Assembly (NCBI GenBank): GCA_051313645.2
Contig: JBNRSN020000002.1
Location: 542,500,001-542,564,000 of the forward strand
Length of the DNA stretch: 64,000 bases
Direction: 5' to 3'
Origin: Centroscyllium fabricii
Taxonomy: Eukaryota
Shown here: positions 57,413-64,000 of the stretch, one piece after another
How positions within the stretch are numbered: position 1 is the first letter of the stretch
How the letters are laid out: each line of letters starts with the position of its first letter
Made by a program: the position numbers and the translations under genes
The notes under the pieces: model-generated
Databases searched by the model: none
Told to the model about the DNA's origin: nothing
Seen by the model: the letters and a program-made list of their open reading frames with translations, nothing else

Positions 57413-59794
57413 TTTCAAATGAAACTGTTGGACTATAACCTGGTGTTGTGCGACTTCTTGCATTTGTCCACCCCAGTCCAACACCGGCACCTCCACGTCA
57501 TGGCTTCTTGAATGTTGTGAGGGTTCCTGCCTCTACCACCCTTTCAGGCAGTGAGTTCCAGATTATAACCACCCGCTGGGTGAAAAAGTTCTTCCTCAAA
57601 TCCCCTCTAAACCTCCTGCCCCTTACCTTGAAACTATGCCCCCTGGTTATTGACCCCTCTACTAAGGGGAAAAGCTCCTTTCTATCTACCCTATCTATGC
57701 CCCTCATAATTTTGTACATCTCAATCAGGTCCCCCCTCAGCCTTCTCTGCTCCAAGGAAAACAACCCCAGCCTGTCCAGTCTCTCTTCATAGCTGAAGCA
57801 CTCCAGCCCAGGTAACATCCTGGTGAATCTCCTTTGCACCCTCTCCAAAGCAATCACATCCTTCCTACAGTGTGGTGACCAGAACTGCACACAGTATTCC
57901 AGCTGTGGCCTTACCAGCGTTTTGTACAGCTCCATCATAACCTCACTGCTCTTATATTCTATGCCTCGGCTAATGAAGGCAAGTATCCCATATGCCTTTT
58001 TAACCACCTTATCCACCTGTCCTGCTGCTTTCAGGGATTGATGTACATGCACACCAAGGTCCCTCTGATCCTCTGTCTTTCCTAGGGTCCTATCATTCAT
58101 TGTGTATTCCCTTGCCTTGTTAGTCCTCTCAAAATGCATCATCTCACACTTTTCAGGGTTAAATTCCATTTGTTTCTTACTCTATCCTTAAATTTTATTG
58201 GTTAAGGAGATAGACTAATGGTCCCGTTGTTCACCAAGGTCCCAGATGCTCCGTTGACCGTAATAAGCTCACAATTTGTGGAGCAAAAATAACTACAGCT
58301 GAAGGGTGAGTGAAAGAATCCAACTCATGGCACTCACCATGCAATACCCCATTTCAGCAAATTTTAGGCCATTAAGATTTTAAGGAAGAGTATTTAAAAA
58401 TGGTAAAGAAGTGACTTGATCAATCAGATTGCTTTCTTCAAGAGACGCTTGTAGATTTGAAGGGCCTGTTTGCAGTACAGAAAGTGCCAAAGGACAAGAT
58501 ATTGGGTTAGGTTAGTCCATAAAGCAGATGCCCCAGTCACAGAAGAAGTCCGCTGCTTGCAATGGGGCAAGGTGGCAATGAGACATCCATTATTAATAAC
58601 AACAGAAAGCGCTGGAAAAACTCAGCAGGCCAGGCAACATCCGTGAAGAGAGAAATAGAGTCAATGTTTCAGGTCGGGACCCTTTGGTCAAGATTTTCTT
58701 GGAAGTGCTGGAACCTGGTGGGGATTGGTTGGGGCGGGTTCCTGTCCTGCCCACCCAAGGTCCTGGGAAGCCGACGCAATTTTCATTTAATTGAGCAATT
58801 AAATCCACGCGTGCGGGGAGCCGCTGGTAATTGACTCAATCGAGTCGGCGTTCCAGCGGGCTGCGAGGATCTTGACAGACAGTTCCAGCACTGGTTATGG
58901 ACAGTTCCCATGGAAACACTCCACTGTGACATCACAGTCGAGTGGAACCAATGGGAAAGGTCAAGTACTGGTGACTGACAGGTGGGCGGGCAGGCTCCGA
59001 ATCTTTGACAGCGAGCCAGCGGCTGTCAGTAAATCTCAAAGCTAAGATTTCTGAGTTTTTGGCCACAGCTGGTGTTTGCACAACGGAGTGACTTACTCCT
59101 CCAGGGTGTTGAAGGCCTGCGAAGCATTTTGCTGCGGGTCCTTCAGCACCTTGAAGGAGAAAGTTATCAATATCACTGTGCTCCAGCTGGGTTTCACCCA
59201 GCGGGGTTTTAAGATGGCGGGGGTAGGGTGGGAAGGGGGTGAAAATTCCTGAGGGCCCTTAAGATGGCATTACACATGCCAATTAAGGGCCCTTAATGAG
59301 GTGACAAACCATTCCCACCGGGGCGGTGAAAATTTAAAAGCGGCAGGGATCCAGCGGGTGGGTGGGGGGTGGGGGGGGGGGGTCATGTCCCACCGGTTCC
59401 GCTATTTTGCCGGTCGACCCGCCGAAAACCACGCCTCGCAGGGAGATGAAAATCCCCCCCTTTGTCTCCATTCCTCTCTTCACGGATGTTGCCTGGCCTG
59501 CTGAGTTTTTCCAGCATTTTCTGTTGTTATTTCAGATTTCCAGCATCTGCAGTATTTTGCTATCAGACATCCATTATTGGTGGTCTGAACATGTAGGCTG
59601 TTACACTCCAAAATCTCCTCCACACCATTATCAATTGCCATGGAGATAGGCTGTGAGAAGAGTGGTTGTGGGCCATGGAACCATCTTTGTCGGGTTTGTC
59701 TTGATAAAGTGTCAATGAGAACTCGCAGGACCGCCTCATATGTGCAATTAGAATGGATTTTTGCTTTGCTCAATGACTCTCTTTTTTCCTTTCT

Positions 59795-60080
59795 CGAGAT
59801 AAGGGGTCGGTCATTTAAGTCTGAGATGAGGAGGAATTTCTTCACTCAGAAGGCTGTGAATCTTTGGAATTCTCTGCCCCAGAGGGCTGCGGGTGTTCAG
59901 TCGTTGAGTATATTCAAGACAGAGAGCGATAGATTTTTGGACTCTAGGGGAATCCAGGGATATTGGAGATCAGGCGGGAACGTGGAGTTGAGGTCGATGA
60001 TCAGCCATGATCTCATTGAATTGGGAAGCAGGCTCGAAGGGCCATATGGCCGACTCCTGCTCCAGATTCTTGTGTTCTTC
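59795..60080 (+). mobile_element. CR1 LINE 3' fragment
   Basis: EMRRNFFTQKAVNLWNSLP plus tail. Confidence 0.88.
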
Positions 60081-60244
60081 AATACGCAAGCTTGACCCGA
60101 ACAGCTTTCTTCTTTAAGCCTCAGATATTGACACATGTCTCTTTTTCCCTTTTCTATCTTGGCGTTCTATTAACATTCAGATTGTTTGAAGATGTATACT
60201 GTAATTGCAATACAGCATTTGTCCTGAATGCACTATTTCCATTA

Positions 60245-60607
60245 CAGGTACACAATCTCTTATCCGCGACTCTGAAAACCGAAAACCTCCGAAAACCGAA
60301 AACCTCCGAAAACCGAAACCGACCCGAGTTGCGCCAAAACGGACCCGTTTTGAAAGCCAATTCAATATAATCCAGTGATAAAAGTAAAATTAACAAGAAA
60401 GTAGAGCTTACCAATGTAAAAAAATGGACCCACGGGTCCAATTCCTCCCCGAGCCCACAATCACCTACCGATTCAGCCTGCGCACTGGGCCGCCAACACG
60501 GCAATGCGCATGTGATCTGCGCATGCGCACCATTCCGAAAACCGAAAAATCACGAAAACCGAGACCCGGCCGGTCCCATGGGTTTCGGATAACGGCTTGT
60601 GTACCTG
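60245..60607. mobile_element. Tc1/mariner (Tigger-like) MITE
   Basis: TIR CAGGTACACAA..TTATCCG / CGGATAA..TTGTGTACCTG; TA on both sides; internal CCGAAAA repeats. Confidence 0.85.
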
Positions 60608-61315
60608 TACTGCCAATTAACTCAAGGTACACTACTCATTATAATAACTTACTAACTTCAACTTCTCATACTTACAAATTAACTATTTACATACAATATC
60701 AGGTCTATGCATAATCATTCTGGAATATGTATTGCAAATTTAAATTGTTTAATACTTTGTAATTTGTCATAGCAATTAAATAGTTTTACAGCAGTAATGG
60801 AGATGTATACTAGTTCCCAATGGAACTACTGTTTTTAAGGACTTACCTGCTTGTGTAAAACTGCTTCCGTCTCCTTTTACCGTCACCTGTTTTCTCTCCT
60901 CTGTCTGCCCCTTCTTATCTCCAGTCCTTTTTTAATTGAATCAATCCTCCCTTCTTGGCCCGAGGGTCCAATTAATGAACGAGAGCACCGTGACTCTACA
61001 AGGTAAGCCGCAGTAAGGTTCTGGTGCTGACTCCTTCGACCATAGTCTCGCTGGCACTGTCTCTGAAAATATTCACGCCGGTTCTGCCAACCAATAGGCC
61101 TCGGTGTTAACCCCTCCGTGATGGGCGGGACAGGTTCGGGGCAGGGCGTTAAAAAGTTAATAACGGGGAACGCATCCCCATCGCGCCGTACAGATCATTT
61201 TTATAATGGCGGATATCAGGGCTTCCAAGTGTCCCACCGTGGCAGTGGGGTGCCTAATTAACATATTTCAGTCGGGCTCCCACATGCACTTGCGAGCCCC
61301 TTTTCAAATTGTGGA

Positions 61316-61600
61316 CATGATGTGGAGGTGCCGGTGTTGGACTGGGGTGGACAAATGTAAGAAGTCACACAACACCAGGTTATAGTCCAACAGCTTTATT
61401 TGAAATCACAAGCTTTCGGAGCGCAGCTCCTTCGTCAGGTGAAGTGAAGAGATGCATATCGGCACAGCAAATATAGTCAGAAAACAATGCCAGATGATTA
61501 CAGGTAATTTTTCCAACTGCCCTTTAACACACCTCGGCAGAGAGATGATCACAGCAATCAAAGGTGTGAATAGTGTCCAAACAGGTCAGTCAGGAAAACA
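61316..61600 (-). mobile_element. PLE 3' fragment with an intact hammerhead motif (61406-61442)
   Basis: Minus strand TCAC-CTGACGA-A-GGAG(ctgcg)CTCC-GAAA-GCTT-GTGA; right boundary approximate. Confidence 0.75.
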
Positions 61601-61948
61601 TTACATCAAAGAACAATGAGGTGGGGTCACAAGGTGTCAAATGTTACAGATGCTGGGGTTTGTATGAAAAATAAAAAACAAACAAAAAACAATAAAAAAT
61701 AAAACAAAATGTTTTGCTGGTAATCACAGCAGGTCCGGCCGCATCTGTGTAGATAGAACAAGCCAACGACGACTTCAAATTGACTGTTGCGGTTTTCCCG
61801 GGTGTCCACAAACCCGGCGGCGAATGGGAGGCGGGAGCTGCCGGCACCACAAGGTAAGGAGCTGTTTCATCACTCCATGTGGGCCAGGAGGAGCCCCCGT
61901 CATCATGCTCCCCAGCTCGCCCGATCGCGGCCTCTCTCTCCCCTATCA

Positions 61949-62366
61949 GGGCGGCACGGTGGCATAGTGGTTAGCACTGTTGCCTCACAGCACTAGAGAC
62001 CCGGGTTCAAATCCAGCCTCGGGTACTATCTGTGTGGAGTTTGCACATTCTCCCCGTGTCTGCGTGGGTTTCCTCCGGGTGCTCCGGTCACCTCCCACAG
62101 TCCAAAGATGTGCGGGTTAGGTTGATTGGCCAGGATAAATTGACCCTTAGTGTTAGGGGGATTGAATATGTGGGGTTACGGGGATAGGGTGGGATATGTG
62201 TCGGTGCAGGCTCGATAGGGATCGAGGGATATGGGGACGAGGCAGGGACAGGGTACTGGGTTTTGATGATCAGCCATGATCTATCTCATTGAATGGCAGA
62301 GCAAGCTCGAAGGGCCGAATGGCCTACTCCTGCTCCTATCTTCTATGTATCTATGTCTATGTTTCT
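61949..62366 (+). mobile_element. V-SINE (HE1-like)
   Basis: Same family as 5085-5486. Confidence 0.9.
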
Positions 62367-62678
62367 ATCCCGATCGCGACCTCTCAACCCTCCTTCTGAC
62401 TGCCGGGGGAACCATCACCAAAGGTCCCTGGCTGCAGTTGGTCTTTCCTCCCAGGCTGCCCACTTGGCTGGCGGCCAGGCGGGAAACACAGCAAAAAAGA
62501 TATGACAATGAGCAATGCTCCCTGTAAGCTGCATTTTGTTCTGCGTGGCCTGTTTCCTTTAGTGCTCGGTCCCTTTAAACTTCCACGCATGCGTGGTATT
62601 TACGATGGGGAAGCCGGTGAGCGGCCATACAGTTTAGAGGGAACATTGATAATGAGGACCTGCCATTAAGATGATCAA

Positions 62679-62994
62679 ATGTAAGAAGTCACACAGCACC
62701 AGGTTATAGTCCAACAGCTTTATTTGGAATCACAAGCTTTCGGAGCGCTGCTCTTTCATCAGGTGAAGTGAAGAGATGCATATAGGCACAGCATATATAG
62801 TCAGAGAGCACTGCCGTGTTCTCTGACTATATATATGCTGTGCCTATGTGCATCTCTTCACTTCACCTGATGAAGGAGCAGTGGTCTGAAAGCTTGTGAT
62901 TTCAGATAAAACTGTTGGACTATAACCTGGTGTTGTGGGACTTCTTACATTTGTCCACCCCAGTCCAACACCGGCATCTCCACATGATGGCAAC
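62679..62994. mobile_element. Palindromic Penelope-derived insert with two hammerhead motifs
   Basis: ~135-bp inverted arms centred near 62814; 12-bp TSD TAAGATGATCAA (62667-62678 / 62995-63006). Confidence 0.88.
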
Positions 62995-64000
62995 TAAGAT
63001 GATCAATACCACTCCATCCCCGGCCTAGCTGGGTTCTTCGACTATTTCCAGCCTCCCTCTGCACCCTCCCCGTAAATATCGGGGCCGTAGCTTCAGGAAC
63101 AAGTAATATTTCTGCCAGTAACGTAAAGCATTACAGTGCGTGCAACAGAAATATTTGAATCAAGTCCTTTTGCTCAGCTGCATGCAGAGTGCAGTTTGCT
63201 GCAGGTGGTCTTCATCTGAAATAAGTGATGTTTATCTCAGGCAAACTTGAGAGACTTTCATGATTGGCAGCAAATTTTACCAGTGTCAGCTGTGGCTCAG
63301 TGGGTAACACTCTCGCCTCTGAGTCAGAAGGTTGTGGGTTCACAGTCCCACTCCAGGGACTTGAGTTCAAGTTCAAATTCAAGTTCAATTTTATTGTCAC
63401 ATGTACTAAATACAATCTAGACAGTGAAATGCTTACTGCTATCCAAACACACCGCGCAACAAGGACATTAAGCTGCCCGGCACGCACGAGCCCACAAGAT
63501 GTCAGCCATTCTCCGGTGCCATCATCGTGGGTCCCGTTCCTGCTCCGGCCTCTCAGTTCAATGTTAATTGTCCTCTACCGCTCCGTTAACTCGCTCTGCC
63601 GCTGTTCCTTCCGTTGTTTCTCTTGACTTAACTCCTTTCGGCCCGACACCATGCCGGCTCCCCCGAATCCACGGAGCTCCGAACTCCGGAGCAGCGTCCC
63701 AAGGCCTGGGGTCTAGCTCTCCTCCAGGCACCATCCTGGCTCCCCCGAGCTCCGAACTCCGGGCCTGAGGCCTAGCCTAGCCACCTCCAGGCACCATCCC
63801 GGCCTGGGGCCTAGCTCTCGGCCCGACGCCATCACCGGATCCCCCTGAGTCCTCAGAGCTCCCCGCTCACCAATCGGCGCCCCGCATCTCGCCGCCCGAC
63901 CGGGCTCCCTCCCGGCGCTCCCGATGGCGGATGGCGGCCGATCCGAGCAAATTAACTTTGAAACACAGAAACACAGAAGACAGGAGCAAGAGCAGGCCAT

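Larger units (their letters stand above)
49104..57502 (+). mobile_element. Penelope-like element (PLE) with nested solo LTR and Gypsy
   Basis: RT plus GIY-YIG ORF; terminal repeats with inverted parts and hammerhead motifs (57150-57502); TSD GCTTCTTGAATGTTG at 49089-49103 and 57503-57517. Confidence 0.88.
48949..58169 (-). mobile_element. CR1 LINE fragment split by the Penelope element (pieces 57503-58169 and 48949-49103)
   Basis: ORF 57498-58169 has CR1 motifs; the 3' UTR resumes at 49103 across a 15-bp duplication. Confidence 0.9.

Noticed and set aside
63365-64000. GC-rich end of window as a promoter CpG island
   Set aside because: It begins with a (TTCAA)-type LINE tail inside a SINE head and has short internal repeats; probably a retroposed repeat, and truncated by the window edge.

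Overview
This is eukaryotic DNA, most likely from a shark or ray (HE1-like V-SINEs, Deu-domain SINEs, abundant CR1). It is dominated by nested transposable elements, and most short ORFs in the track are TE fragments or chance frames. LTR elements: three full-length Gypsy retrotransposons (25088-29933 with an intact 1400-aa gag-pol; 37322-43160, decayed; 52334-57139, CsRn1-like, one nonsense codon), one internally deleted Gypsy (6547-7928), an older tRNA-Leu-primed relic split by an insertion, and at least six solo LTRs. Other elements: a decayed Penelope-like element (RT plus GIY-YIG), many short Penelope-derived inserts with minimal hammerhead-ribozyme motifs, PIF/Harbinger-like TIR elements (one with a spliced Myb/SANT gene), Tigger-like MITEs, and CR1, L2, RTE and Rex1 LINE fragments. 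A few weak minus-strand exon candidates suggest an unidentified host gene. The most notable signal is in two related Gypsy families that have no tRNA primer-binding site. The PBS position is instead complementary to the element's own AATAAAA region, and the two partners co-vary between families. These elements also share a hairpin over the polypurine tract and a U5-terminal hairpin, and both copies that retain RT read YLDN rather than YxDD. Together this suggests tRNA-independent (self-)priming. All calls were made by eye; no searches or folding were run.
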